Assembly (NCBI GenBank): GCA_002269645.1
Contig: NIVC01003764.1
Coordinates: forward strand, 1-64,000
Reading direction: 5' to 3'
Origin: Macrostomum lignano
Lineage: Eukaryota
DNA: 64,000 bases
Shown: in pieces, positions 24,970 to 40,382 of the stretch
Layout of the letters: every line of letters begins with the position of its first letter
Numbering within the stretch: the first letter of the stretch is position 1
Translations under genes and position numbers: made by a program
The notes under the pieces: generated by a model
Databases searched by the model: none
What the model was told of the DNA's origin: nothing
Seen by the model: only the letters and a program-made list of their open reading frames with translations

Positions 24970-25257
24970 GCAGCCCTGTGGTCAAGCGCGGCGCTCTGAT
25001 ATGCCATGCTGCGTCCCAGGCTCGATTCCAAGTGTAGTCCACATTAATCTGGGGCTAAATCGGAATCTCGGCATGGCTCTGCTCGTGTAATTAACACCCA
25101 GCTTAAGGGGCCAACCCCCAAGGCTCAATGAAGTGTACATGCCTAACGATAAATAAAGTTAGGGCCGCTGTACACTCCTGTGTGGGTGTGTGCCTGTGCG
25201 TATGACTGCGTACGTATCCGCGCGCTTGTGTGCCTGCTCAGGGGAGTCGGTGGAATG
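24970..25257 (+). mobile_element. tRNA-derived SINE-like element, copy 1
   Basis: A-box-like TGGTCAAGCGCGG (24979) and B-box-like GGCTCGATTCC (25019); colinear similarity with 26030-26301 over the whole length. Confidence 0.65.
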
Positions 25258-26029
25258 CCACCAACTGCGTGAGGAAATTGCATAAATCACATGAAGGATT
25301 GAATCGGATTGAATTTATGTACTTCGACCTTTCCCGTCCCGATTTATTGACTTCTAAACTGCGATTTTATTTTTTTCAGTAGAGTCGCGGTTCTACTAAA
25401 ACAAACCAGCTTCCGTGAAGGATTTCAAGCCGTAAAATATGACTAAAGAATTTATTACATTTTCATCGTTCTGGTGTGTAGCAGTTCTATCGTTTGATGC
25501 TTACAAAATATACCGACAAAATTCCTAATTCCAAACAAGATACTGATCTGAAGGCTTGAAGCGAATTGCGCACCCAGACGATCAGAGAGGGGGCACCCTC
25601 TGAAGACGAAAGTTAGGAGGCAGTTGAAGCGTGGGTCTGTCCGTCTTACTTTCTATCCCAGTTAAGCGGCGGGCTACATCTTTATCCTACAGCATTATCG
25701 CTACCCCATGCTACTAGCCACCTGCAGATATGCACTGGCTAAATCACTTTAGAATCCCCATGTGCTGCCCTGCATTTTCTGCGGATTGTGTGACCTCAGT
25801 TGCTCCCTGAACCGCTCTAGGAAAATTAATATTTATTTATTAGATTTTTGTAGATTAGGTAAGGTTAAGGAGCAATATATTCAATACATACAGTTTAAAT
25901 TCACTTACAATATGCCTCGGTTACACATGTAAATAATCGCATTTCAGGGAGCTTGGGCGTACGCATTTATACTTGCCAATACTTAATTCTTGTTCGAACA
26001 ACATTTTCTGCTTACTACTTACTAGTAGT

Positions 26030-26301
26030 GCACTGCCCAGTGGCTTTGAATTTACATCTGACTCTCCAGCCATGACCCCCTGGTTCGATTCCCGCGGCCA
26101 CATTCATTTGAGGCTTGTGTGCATGAAAATTGGCTGGGAGTTTTCCTTCGATTAACACCCTTGAAGGCCAAACTCCAAAGGCACAGAAAGTGTGCAATGC
26201 CTGACGATTAGAAAGTCAATGAGCCGCTGTGCACCCTGTGTGAGTGAGTGCCGGCGTACTGTATTAGCGCGCTTGTAATGTGCTCAGGAGTCAGCGGAAT
26301 G
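26030..26301 (+). mobile_element. tRNA-derived SINE-like element, copy 2
   Basis: B-box GGTTCGATTCC (26082). Shares ordered blocks CCACATT, ATTAACACCC, AAGTGT.CA.TGCCT.ACGAT, GCCGCTGT.CAC.CCTGTGTG, GCGCGCTTGT and CTCAGG..GGAATG with copy 1. Confidence 0.65.
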
Positions 26302-26454
26302 GACAGAATTGTCCCACTGATGCTCGTAGGACGTAGTTCGTAGTTTAGTGAATGAGCAAGAGAACTTGCCTTTTTTCTGTCTGCGGGTTGATTGTCATGT
26401 CTTAATCGGAGAGGGGTTACCCAAAATCCTAAAGTACTCAGTCCAAAAACGTAC

Positions 26455-28451
26455 CCAATAAGTTGTCAATCGATCCTTCCGATGTTTCCTTGTCGCTCTC
26501 GTCCATCGCATCCTCTTCTTCAGTTTGTAGTTCGAAAGTCCTGTCTGCATCTTCGATTGTTTGAGACTTATCATGGTCAGTGTCGAACTTTTTGAAGTCT
26601 TCAATTGCGCCCTCATCGTTGTTGTTGACTTCTTTTTCATCCCTGCCAATCCATTCTTGTTGATGTTCCTTTTCTGCGAAATACTCTACGTTCTCGGATC
26701 CACCATCGCTGGCCGTGACATATGAATCGCAACAGGAGCTGCCCATTGCTGTCAGATAGCAGCACCCGGATGATACTGAAGCATGCGAAGACTCCACTGC
26801 CGCGTCAGTGTCCTCCTCAATGATGGGAAACAAGCACCGGCTGCAGCCCTCAAGCCAGCGATTGTTTGCTCGAAGAATCTCTTGAATTCTCAGATACTCA
26901 TCGCGTTCGTCGACGGTTTCATCGTTGTCTTCTTCATCGAGCTCTTCGTCAGAGGCTGCTGCGTCCTCATCCAGATCAGTTCTGCGTGGCAGCGGAGGCG
27001 GCGGTGGTATGAAAAAATTGTCGTCCAACGTTGCGTTTGCATCTTCGACACAGCCAACTGCTGTGCCCCACGGAATAGGGGGCTTCTCATCGCGATGGTG
27101 AAAGCTCATGCTCCATTCCTTGTTCATATCCTCTTCCTCGTCCCAGAGCAAAGCTCTTCGACCTGACGAGGCCCAGTGTCGCGGCGTTGGTGGCGGCTTC
27201 TGCAGCGTTGCTTCTTTCTTAGTCTCAGCTGCCGCCATCGAGGCTCCGCCGAGCGGACTTGACTCGCCCTCGGGTGAATGACGTTTCGAGAAATCATTTC
27301 CCGCGCCTCCGCCGCCCTCTCCGTCTGTATCGTCACGACGCTCATCAGCACCACGGATGCTGCAGCCGTTTATGGTGTTTTCTTTTGCCGTCTCATTCTT
27401 TTGAAGCCGGTTGCGTAGGTTCTCAAGGTCGGCCTTAATTTCAGCAAGCCGGTCAAGCAGCTCGTTGTAGTTCAGCGGCAGCGGCGGTGGCGAAACTGGC
27501 GGCTGTGGTGCCATCTCCAGCTCAGGCGTTCTCGGATTTTCGACCATCGGCGGAGTCGACGGCGGTGAAGCAGAAAGCGGTGGCTGAGCAGCTGCTGGGG
27601 CAAAAAGCCAGGAAAAATAGAGTTGGTACATCGGTTCAGTGCTTCATGTCGCAGCTGGTTGGACTGATTTGGATCATCTAGATTTGATGACTTTGCTAGA
27701 ATTTCCTGGTTCTTCTTTAGACCTAAATTTAACAATGGCTGATGCTGTGTTTGTTCTAAAAAATCATTTACGGACGAGTGATTTTTGCTGCTCAGCTCTG
27801 CATGTTGCTGCGTTGGCTGCACTTTTCGGCCTTCTTCTAACATGATGTTTGCAGTTGCTCCGTTATCAAGCTTTTATCGTCGGGAAAAGGCATTAAACCG
27901 TCTACATTTCTGCTCGTTTTTTGTTTATCTTCTTCAACCTCTCGGTCTGGAAAGCGTACGCCAATGCTGGTTTGCAGCCTGCGCTCAAAAAACACGCTCG
28001 AGTCGATTTTAGAAGCATCATTGATGTCAGACACGGGCGCGACAGACGTTGAGCAGTCGACGCGAAACCAAAACGCTGCGTACTGACGTCTGACAAAGCC
28101 GGCGTAGCTGTGCAAGCAGCGAGGACTCGAGCTGGCATCGCCCAAACCGTAGCGGCAGTCCGTGCCGAGTTGCATACGGCGCAACAGGCTTCGGTTGTAG
28201 TCGTCAATTGAAAGCGGAGATGATGACGGCGGCTTAGTCGGGGGTAGCGGAAGCGTCTGAGCTGGAAGCGTTGAGCTCTCAGATTCTGAATGAAGAGCGA
28301 CTTGGTACTTCCAATTTTCGTCTTTCAATTTTGATGTCTGCTCCGTCATCAGCTGACGCCCCCAACAACCAACCGCCGCTGCGGTAGCCGCGGCCGCTGC
28401 TGCAGCAACTGCTCTGCTGCCAGCCGTCAGAGCTAGGACTTGGCTGAGCAT
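26455..28451 (-). CDS. Long coding exon of an unknown Pro-rich/acidic protein, broken by two apparent single-base deletions
   Basis: Three overlapping ORFs (27837-28511, 27472-27843, 26438-27631) join into one frame of about 665 codons from ATG 28451 if one base is added at the homopolymers 27872-27875 and 27602-27606. Candidate donor GTACGT at 26454; otherwise stop at 26438. No family recognised. Confidence 0.55.
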
Positions 28452-30794
28452 GACGGCTCCGCTTCTGCCGTTGCCGTCATTCTCTCGCAAAAAATTGTAG
28501 AAAAAAAGCAAATCCGAAACGAATCGAAAAATCTGTCGGACCGACTGACAATCAGTTTTGACAGTTGCTGCTGCTGCTGCTGCTGCACTTCCCTGCCTCT
28601 CCGTATTGCTGCCTTTCTCTAGTCTTTAAAAATAGAACAGAACAGAAGGGGAGGTTCGCTATGTGCTTCCCCAATCCAATCAACCCCACTCCCATACTCT
28701 TTTCCCTCTCCCTCCTCGCCCTTCTCCAAACCGTCCTCCGTTCTCTTCAAGCGCAACTTGAATCTCTTCTCAACGGCGTTTTCCTTTCCCTGTGTCTCCT
28801 GTCTTACCCTTGGCGCCGCTCACAATGCCTTTAGCGACTTCCCTCCCTCTCTCCTGTAATGGCACTGCAACAGTGTGCGAGCACCATTCAGTCTCTTGTC
28901 GGTATTTCCCGGCCCTGCTTTTTTGCACTGAGTGTACACTGATTAGACTGGAGATATATTTTTCTATTATTCAGTCGTGTTCCATTGTGTTTCTTTTTGC
29001 TACCCAATGCGGCCACTAGAGCAGAAAAATTAATAACCGAGACAGATTCTCTGTATCGTCCTGGTCGGTGGTAGCACCCTGAGATACAGTGCAAATTCAA
29101 TGGACACTCAGCTAATGTGTGCATTTTCCTACAAGGGAGGAGTGGGGAACTGGAGAATGGAGCCGTTCCCTCAAATATGAGCGACCAACCCCTACCACCC
29201 CAGAGCCTTGCCTACGTCAACAAGCAGATATAATACAGTACAGCCGTTACGACCGCCCACCCCACCCCCTGTCGTAGTTGAGCTAATGCACAACGGAAGT
29301 AAAGTTGATATATATAATGGCCTACACATATGCTATTGTAATGCGCTATGTAGAATCAGCAGCGCTTGCCAATGCAGGCGTCAGCAGTCACAGAGGCCAA
29401 CTAACTGCGACAGCGTATGGCTTTAGTTGAGCGAAAAAAACCCGCCAACGCCCGGGCCATGTTTGACGCGGGTTGATCTGCGAGTGCAAAAATCACGCAT
29501 CAAGCTGTAAACAGTTTAACTGTGCATATGGCTCGGGTGACTTTAATTTGGAACTCTTTTTTCTCTCTACTAGATCTGAACTCTACCTCGCATTTTCACT
29601 TCGTTCCGCTTGTGTGGTCCGCTGCCGGGAGGGTCTCGCCGTTGTAAAACCAACAAAGCGGAACGGAATATTTTTGCTTTCCCTACTCCCACCCCCCCCA
29701 ATCTCTACGAGTCCTCGCTGGTTGAAAAAAATGAAGACGAGAAGCAAGGAACTTTTTCCTATAGTTAAGCCAAGGAGACCGCTTAGCATGAAAGTCTGGG
29801 TGGTCTGGGTGGTTTTTTTAATGCACGATTAAGGCCAGTATTGATCAACTTGCGATTCTTGAGGCAGTGTAGCCTATGAGCTAATCAAGTTGTTGCTTGA
29901 GTTGCTACTCCAAACTCTTGTACAGGATCTCCTTGAGTAAGTAGCTCGTGAAACCAACCGGCAATGCATAGCGGCGTCAACTTTGACAAACAAGGAACGG
30001 TTGAAATTTTAGGGGGGAAAGAAAGACGATCAAGTGCCTGTCGATTTTTGTTTGCTCGCTTTTGATATGGGAGCGAATGAAATGTAGCCATAATTCGACG
30101 ATTGGGAATTGGCAGCTTTTACCTCCCCGTGTAGCAAATGTCGATTATGACTTGAAAAAAGCGAAGCAAAATTTAAAATAAAGCCTGCAAACCATTCTAT
30201 CTGGCTTCAATAGCCTCTATTTACGAGTTATTTCGTAACAGTGACCTTTTTTGAACTGAATGCATTAAAAACGGAAGTACACATGTACTTTAAGGATACA
30301 GAATCGGTTTGCTAGTCTTACAGTCAACCTGCAACCAGTGAGACAAGCCTTCCTGCTCGTAAACAAACTCTCACACGGTGTACATCGGCCCTGACTTTCT
30401 GATTGTCAGGGAATGTGCACTCTCTGTGCCTGGGGGGGGGGGTTGTCCCTCTTGGGTGTTTATCACAACAACCCCCGAGACCAATTTTCGTGCATGAATG
30501 TCACGTGAATGTCGTCGCATACGGAATCCAGCCGAGACGTTTATGGCGTGGAGACTATTGTCAATTTTGCTTTCATTGAATAGTCATTTTAAAACTGTTT
30601 CCAATTAAAAGTACTTTTGAATTATTTTTTAGGCAAAGATACATTTTTTTAAGCACTATTCAATTCCTAGCAATTGGGGCGCCCAAAAAGCAATTAGGCC
30701 TAGGGACTAAAATTATTTATGTGAATCCTACTTGCCTTAACATCTCAGCAATTCCCCCATTAACCCTTGCCCGTACCATTGAAATCTTATCAAT

Positions 30795-31490
30795 TCCCCC
30801 AAAAAATCCTTGACATCTCAGTAGTTCCCCCAGTAAGCCTTGACATATCAGCCATTCCCCCAGTAAGCCTTGAAATCAAAGCAATTCCTCCAGTAAGCCT
30901 TGACATCAAAGCAATTCCCCCAGTAAGCCTTGACATCAAAGCAATTCCCCCAGTAAGCCTTGACATCAAAGTAATTCCCCAGTAAGCCTTGACATCAAAG
31001 TAATTCCCCAGTAAGCCTTGACATCAAAGCAATTCCCCCAGTAAGCCTTGACATCAAAGTAATTCCCCAGTAAGCCTTGACATCAAAGCAATTCCTCCAG
31101 TAAGCCTTGACATCAAAGCAATTCCTCCAGTAAGCCTTGACATCAAAGCAATTTCTCCAGTAAGCCTTGACATCAAAGCAATTCCCCCAGTAAGCCTTGA
31201 CATCAAAGCAATTCCTCCAGTAAGCCTTGACGTCAAAGTAATTCCCCCAGTAAGCCTTGACATCAAAGCAATTCCTCCAGTAAGCCTTGACGTCAAAGTT
31301 CCTCCAGTAAGCCTTGACGTCAAAGTAATCCCTCCAGTAAGACTTTACATCAAAGCAATTCCCCTAGTAAGCCTTGACATCAAAGTAATTCCCCCAGTAA
31401 GCCTTGACATCAAAGCAATTCCCCCAGTAAGCCTTGACATCAAAGTAATTCCCCCAGTAAGCCTTGACATCAAAGCAATTCCCCCAGTAA
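30795..31490. repeat. 30-bp minisatellite (CAGTAAGCCTTGACATCAAAGCAATTCCCC)n
   Basis: About 23 units. Confidence 0.95.
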
Positions 31491-32272
31491 TTATTCAATT
31501 ATATCTAGCAAATAAAACTCCAGTCAATATGCTATGCAGTAAGCTCTAGAGCCGGCACAACAGACAGGTGAATTATTTATTAACAAAGTTAATCGAAGTG
31601 CTTCTACTATTGTAGCCTTCCGTGCACTGTGGTAAACCGCAACTTTGATGCGATTTAATTTCGACTCTCAAATCAGTCCCCTATAAGACATCAGAACTTC
31701 TTACTATAGGAAGACGGCGGCACAAGAGTGACGCCATCAACTGGCATCAGCCAACTCCCAGCGGTGCAGTCAGTTGAGGCGCGCATATCATTAATTATTT
31801 ATGAGGCTCTGAAAAAATCTGAATCCCTCTGTGAGACTTGCAACGAAATAATTAAAGACGGCAGTCAATTAGAGTCGTCAGGAACATAAGTCCCAAAGGG
31901 CGAAGTACTGATCTCGCACACATGCAATTTTCTATTTTTGCTTTATCATACTACCAAAACTTAAAACCGAAGTAGTAGTATGTTGAGTGTGTTAGTATGC
32001 CTACGACTGCAAGATTTAATAATTTCTCACTTTGTTCTTATCGAGTCGGCCCCAGCCCGTGTCTCGCATGCACAACTCACTCAAAGCGAGAGAAAGTGGT
32101 GTTCGTTGATAGCACGTAGGTGGGTCGACCGGCGAGTTTTATCGGGTTCAAAGTGCAACACCAAACTGTAATGCTTTAAATACTCTGATAGATACTCTGG
32201 TCCTGAGTTCAAAACTAGCTGCTAATCATTACGTGAAAGTGTCAACGGAACCTTGCACGTCCATTCGTCGTC

Positions 32273-35200
32273 ATGGCCGGTTCTTCCTCTGGCGCTCGGC
32301 TGTTGCTTTCGTCGCCGAAAATTGCACGCAACCTGCTGAGCTTGTCGATGTCATTCCTGCTGATGTTCACCAGCTACCAGGGCCTGGCATCGTTGCAGAG
32401 CTCCATCAACTCAGTTGGCGGCCTGGGTACGGCGGGCCTGGCGGTAACTTACGCTTGCGTGGTGCCTTCGTCGCTTCTGGTGTCGCCGTTGGCTTTGGAC
32501 TGGCTGGGTGCCAAGCGGACAATGCTGCTCGGGATGCTGGGCTACGTCATCTATTTCCTCCTGAGCTTGGCGCCTGGCTGGGCCACCATCATACCCGGCT
32601 CGGCTCTGCTGGGTCTGTGCGGAGCGCCGCTCTGGGCTGGAATGAGTTTGTACACTGTGCAGCTCGCTGCCATTGCGGACGCCGAGGCTGCGGCTGACGA
32701 CAAAGGACGTCAGAATAATGGCGATAAAGGCGGCAAAAAAGTTGCCACTTTGCCAGTGTTCTTCGGAGTCTTCTTTACAATAGTTACCAGCTGTGAGTTC
32801 TCGCGCTATCGGCCGGGGGCTGTCGTTTCTGACCACGGTACGATCTTGGCAAAGGCGTTGCGCCAGGGAGTTCCCTCAGACCTGTAAATATTGACAGAAT
32901 TTACAGTAAGCGCTTTCTTGCTGGCTGGGTTTCGACTGCCTTGTAGATTTGCGGCAGTGCCCAACGCACTCTGGTGAACTCGGGAACTATTGTAATTAAA
33001 TTTCATCTTTGGTGGACATGGATTGCCAAATATACAAAAGCTATGATTTTTCACCAACCCCAGGCAATATTTGGGGCAACTTGATCTCATATTTGACGCT
33101 GGTGGATCGCAGTGATGGAGGCGTCTCCAACTCAACAGCCGCTATCAGCAATTTCAGCTGCGGCTATCGCTTTTGTCCAGCGAAACCGGCTGCTGGAGCA
33201 GAAGCACCCACCAGCGACGCCGAAGTGGAGGCGCTTGGACCCGGCGGGCTGCCCGCTGTGAAGGTGTGAAAAATGCCGAATTTAAGATTAAAGAAGAAAG
33301 CTTATTTCAAACTTTTTAACTTCAGTCCCCATGAGTGCACTACAGCAATGCATACCCACAGCACCATTGACAATTCTAGAGCACCACTGACATCCCAGAG
33401 CACCACTGACAATCCAGAGCACCACTGACATCCCAGAGCACCACTGACATCCCAGAGCACCACTGACATCCCAGAGCACCTCTGACATCCATGGAGCACC
33501 TCTGACATCCCAGAGCGCCCAGAGCACCACTGACATCCTAGAGCATCACAGACATCCCAGAGCACCACTGACATCCCAGAGCACCACTGACATCCCAGAG
33601 CACCACTGACATCCCAGAGCACCACTGACATCCCAGAGCACCTCTGACATCCATGGAGCACCTCTGACATCCCAGAGCGCCCAGAGCACCACTGACATCC
33701 TAGAGCATCACAGACATCCCAGAGCACCACTGACATCCCAGAGCACCACTGACAATCCAGAGCACCACTGACATCCCAGAGCACCACTGACATCCCAGAG
33801 CACCACTGACATCCATGGAGCACCTCTGACATCCCAGAGCGCCCAGAGCACCACTGACATCCTAGAGCATCACAGACATCCCAGAGCACCACTGACATCC
33901 CAGAGCACCACTGACATCCCAGAGCACCACTGACATCCCAGAGCACCACTGACATCCCAGAGCACCACTGACATCCCAGAGCACCACTGACATCCCAGAG
34001 CACCTCTGACATCCATGGAGCACCTCTGACATCCCAGAGCGCCCAGAGCACCACTGACATCCTAGAGCATCTCAGACATCCCAGAGCACCACTGACATCC
34101 CAGAGCACCACTGACAATCCAGAGCACCACTGACATCCCAGAGCACCACTGACATCCCAGAGCACCACTGACATCCCAGAGCACCACTGACATCCCAGAG
34201 CACCACTGACATCCCAGAGCACCACTGACATCCCAGAGCACCACTGACATCCCAGAGCACCACTGACATCCCAGAGCACCACTGACATCCCAGAGCACCT
34301 CTGACATCCATGGAGCACCTCTGACATCCCAGAGCGCCCAGAGCACCACTGACATCCTAGAGCATCACAGACATCCCAGAGCACCACTGACATCCCAGAG
34401 CACCACTGACATCCCAGAGCACCTCTGACATCCATGGAGCACCTCTGACATCCCAGAGCGCCCAGAGCACCACTGACATCCTAGAGCATCACAGACATCC
34501 CAGAGCACCACTGACATCCCAGAGCACCACTGACATCCCAGAGCACCTCTGACATCCATGGAGCACCTCTGACATCCCAGAGCGCCCAGAGCACCACTGA
34601 CATCCTAGAGCATCACAGACATCCCAGAGCACTATTGACATCCTCAGTCCTTTTTCATCCCTAGTCCACTATGAGTTGTTGTTAATGACAGATGGAACAC
34701 TTTTCGAATATTATGTAGCCATCTTTACTCCGTTAAATTAAATATCCATTTCAGTTTTACACACTGATGTCCTGTTTCATCGCAACAGCAGTGGTCTCCG
34801 TGCTGGTGATGTTCTTCCTCGTAGATCGAAACGATCCACCGAAAAACGAGGAGCCAGTCAAAGCCGGAACGCAGCAGCAAGTCTCTCAACTGTTAGAGAG
34901 GCTTCGTAAAGCGCTGGCTCAATTGGTGGATCCGAGGCAATTGCTTCTGGTGCCTTTGACCATCAATGCTGGACTGTCACAGGCTTTCTCACTCGGTGAC
35001 TTTACTGAGGTTTGAGACACGCGAAGCTTAAGTTGTTTAATCGACCCGTATCGTTTGCCTGACATTGATGTACATCGCTGGCGAATGGGTATTTTTACAT
35101 TACGTCGGCTAACGACAAGGTTATACGGCGGCAAAACGTCAGTGTAGCGTAATACGAGCTAGTACCCACTTCGAGTGGGTTTTCTAATAGCCCCCTTTAG

Positions 35201-37338
35201 AAAGTGAAGGCACATGTAAATATGAAGTTAGTGGGTGCCTGACACACGTTTCTGCTAGCGGAATGGTTAACGAAAGACGACCTAAATTTAAGTAGAGCTT
35301 CTTAGAAAAACGATTTAAGGTTGTCGTTGTTTTAGTTTTTACGATACGAGATATAGCTTGCCCTCATCAGTTCGTCACTAAAAAGTAGGCCGTTAAATGC
35401 CATAAAAGTTGACCATTTACGAATGTTCTTCCTACGTAGTCTGTTACGTAATCGTAATCTTTTTTCAATACGTAGTTCTATTTATTTTTGTGTTTAAAAA
35501 ATGAAAAAGGTTTATGGAATTCGATTGTATTTTTCCAGTATTTTAAGTCGTCCCATAGAGCAACCGCAGCTCCATGCAGAGAGAACAATTAATTCATGCC
35601 ACCCGTTCGAAAAGCGCAGGGTTTCGTAGCCTGCACCTCGGGCATCGCCTCCGTCGGCCTGGTGATGATCAGCTACGGAGTGAGTCAGGTTGTGACCGGA
35701 CTGCTTGCTGGACAGGCTGCGGCTCGAGTTGGCCCAGCTCCGGTGCTTCTGAGTGGTGAGAAGGATCGAGAAAAATGAAACTTTGTTATAAGCTCGCATG
35801 TCACTCGTGCTATGGTGTCACTGTCTAATCGCATTCGGGTATTTTCTGGTTAAACAGTTATAGGTGCGCTCGTATTGAAGTTCCAACTTTTCGATATTTT
35901 CGATAGTTTAAATTCGATCGATACAGGGTATTTTAAAGCTATTTATTAGAAAATTTGCGCCTCTTAACCAAACAATTTTAGGTCACTCAATCAAGCTCTT
36001 TTAGATCACTCAATCAAGCTCTTTTAGGTCACTCAATCAGGCTTTTTTAGATTACTTAACCAGGCTATTTTAGGTCACTCAATCAAGCTCCTTTAGGTTA
36101 CTCAATCAAGCTCTTTTAGGTCACTCAATCAGGCTTTTTTAGATTACTTAACCAGGCTATTTTAGGTCACTCAATCAAGCTCCTTTAGGTTACTCAATCA
36201 AGCTCTTTTAGGTCACTCAATCAGGCTTTTTTAGATTACTTAACCAGGCTATTTTAGGTCACTCAATCAAGCTCCTTTAGGTTACTCAATCAAGCTCTTT
36301 TAGGTCACTCAATCAGGCTTTTTTAGATTACTTAACCAGGCTATTTTAGGTCACTCAATCAAGCTCCTTTAGGTTACTCAATCAGGCTCTTTCAGGTCAC
36401 TCAATTAATCTGTTTTAGGCAACTCAACCAGCCTCTTTTAGGTCACTCAAACGGCTTTTTTAGGTCACTCAATCAGGCTCTTTCAGGTCACTCAATTAAT
36501 CTGTTTTAGGCAACTCAACCAGCCTCTTTTAGGTCACTCAATCAGGTTCTTTTATGGCACTCAATCAAGCTCGTTTAGGCAACTCAATCAGGCTCTTTTA
36601 GGTCACTCAATCAGGTTCTTTTATGGCACTCAATCAAGCTCGTTTAGGCAACTCAATCAGGCTCTTTTAGGTCACTCAATCAGTCAGTTTCGGATCACTC
36701 AGTCAAGCACTTTTTGGTCACTTGGTGTGAAAACTATGTTTACTCAATAAAATATATTGGTGCTATCAGGATTACTTAATCCACCATTTATTGTTTGTTC
36801 AATCATGGTAGATTAAATATTTTAGCTTTCTTATTATTCTCGCAAAAAATTTCTAGCACTAATGGGTCTGCTAGCGATGGAAGTCGGCTCGCTGTTCTGG
36901 GAGGTGCTTCCACAGCCGGAGTGGCCGCTGCACGGCATGGCTGTCGCCTGGGGCGCCGTGGACTCCGTCTGGGTGACGCTTCTTAACGGTGAGATTGTGG
37001 CTTCATTATTGACTTTGCCACTACTAGAAATTTTAGCTCGTTTATGAAATGAAATTATGAATTATGAAACTTCAGCCCTCTACGGCGAATACTTTGCCGA
37101 CAACGCTGGGGCGGCGTTCTCCGCTCTCCGCCTCTGGCAGTCTCTTGGCTTCATCATTGGCTTCTCATACAACAAGCTGCTTTGCATCGAGCAGAAGTTG
37201 TACGTCATGATTGGTTTGCTGGGTCTCAGCGCCGTTACCTTTGTTATCTGCGTCCTGATCAACAGGCGTAAGACAATTCAGGTCATTGCACCGCTGCAGA
37301 CAGCCGATTCCGAGAAACAGTTGAGCGAAAATGATTGA
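32273..37338 (+). CDS. unc93a: UNC-93-like MFS membrane protein (UNC93A-like), 6 exons
   Basis: Exons 32273-32792, 33064-33263, 34755-35009, 35620-35755, 36857-36988 and 37076-37338 with consistent phases. Motifs FTSYQGLASLQSSIN..GGLG, GAPLW, IWGNLIS and ALYG.YF..AAFS.LRLWQSLGF...KLY. Confidence 0.9.
33375..34640. repeat. 19-bp minisatellite (CCAGAGCACCACTGACATC)n with higher-order blocks, UNC93 intron 2
   Basis: Read directly; a variant cassette recurs several times. Confidence 0.95.
35976..36710. repeat. 23-bp minisatellite (TTTTAGGTCACTCAATCAAGCTC)n with 92-bp higher-order repeat, UNC93 intron 4
   Basis: Four-unit block repeated about 4 times. Confidence 0.95.
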
Positions 37339-37535
37339 AGTGAACAACAAACTCCAGCTTTCTCCAGCTAATTTGTTTATTTGTTTGTTCCTACGAATTG
37401 TAACAGTTTTATTGATGCTTCTAAAAGTATTTACTTTGAAATTTAAAAAAGTAAAACTACAAGCTTAAAAAATTTTATTCATAAAATCGGTTCGAATTTG
37501 GTTTCCATGACAACCACGTCCAAATCGATATAAGC

Positions 37536-40382
<2,847 letters not shown>

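Noticed and set aside
25600-25616. Hammerhead ribozyme core CTGAAGA-CGAAA
   Set aside because: No stem II between the two core halves and no convincing stems I/III; other CTGANGA sites checked also lack a properly placed GAAA.
24970-26301. tRNA genes at the B-box motifs
   Set aside because: No cloverleaf or acceptor stem can be formed, and similarity extends about 200 bp beyond tRNA length, which fits a SINE better.
27602-27875. Programmed -1 ribosomal frameshifting
   Set aside because: No X XXY YYZ heptamer in frame; breaks coincide with short homopolymers, typical of sequencing error or mutation.
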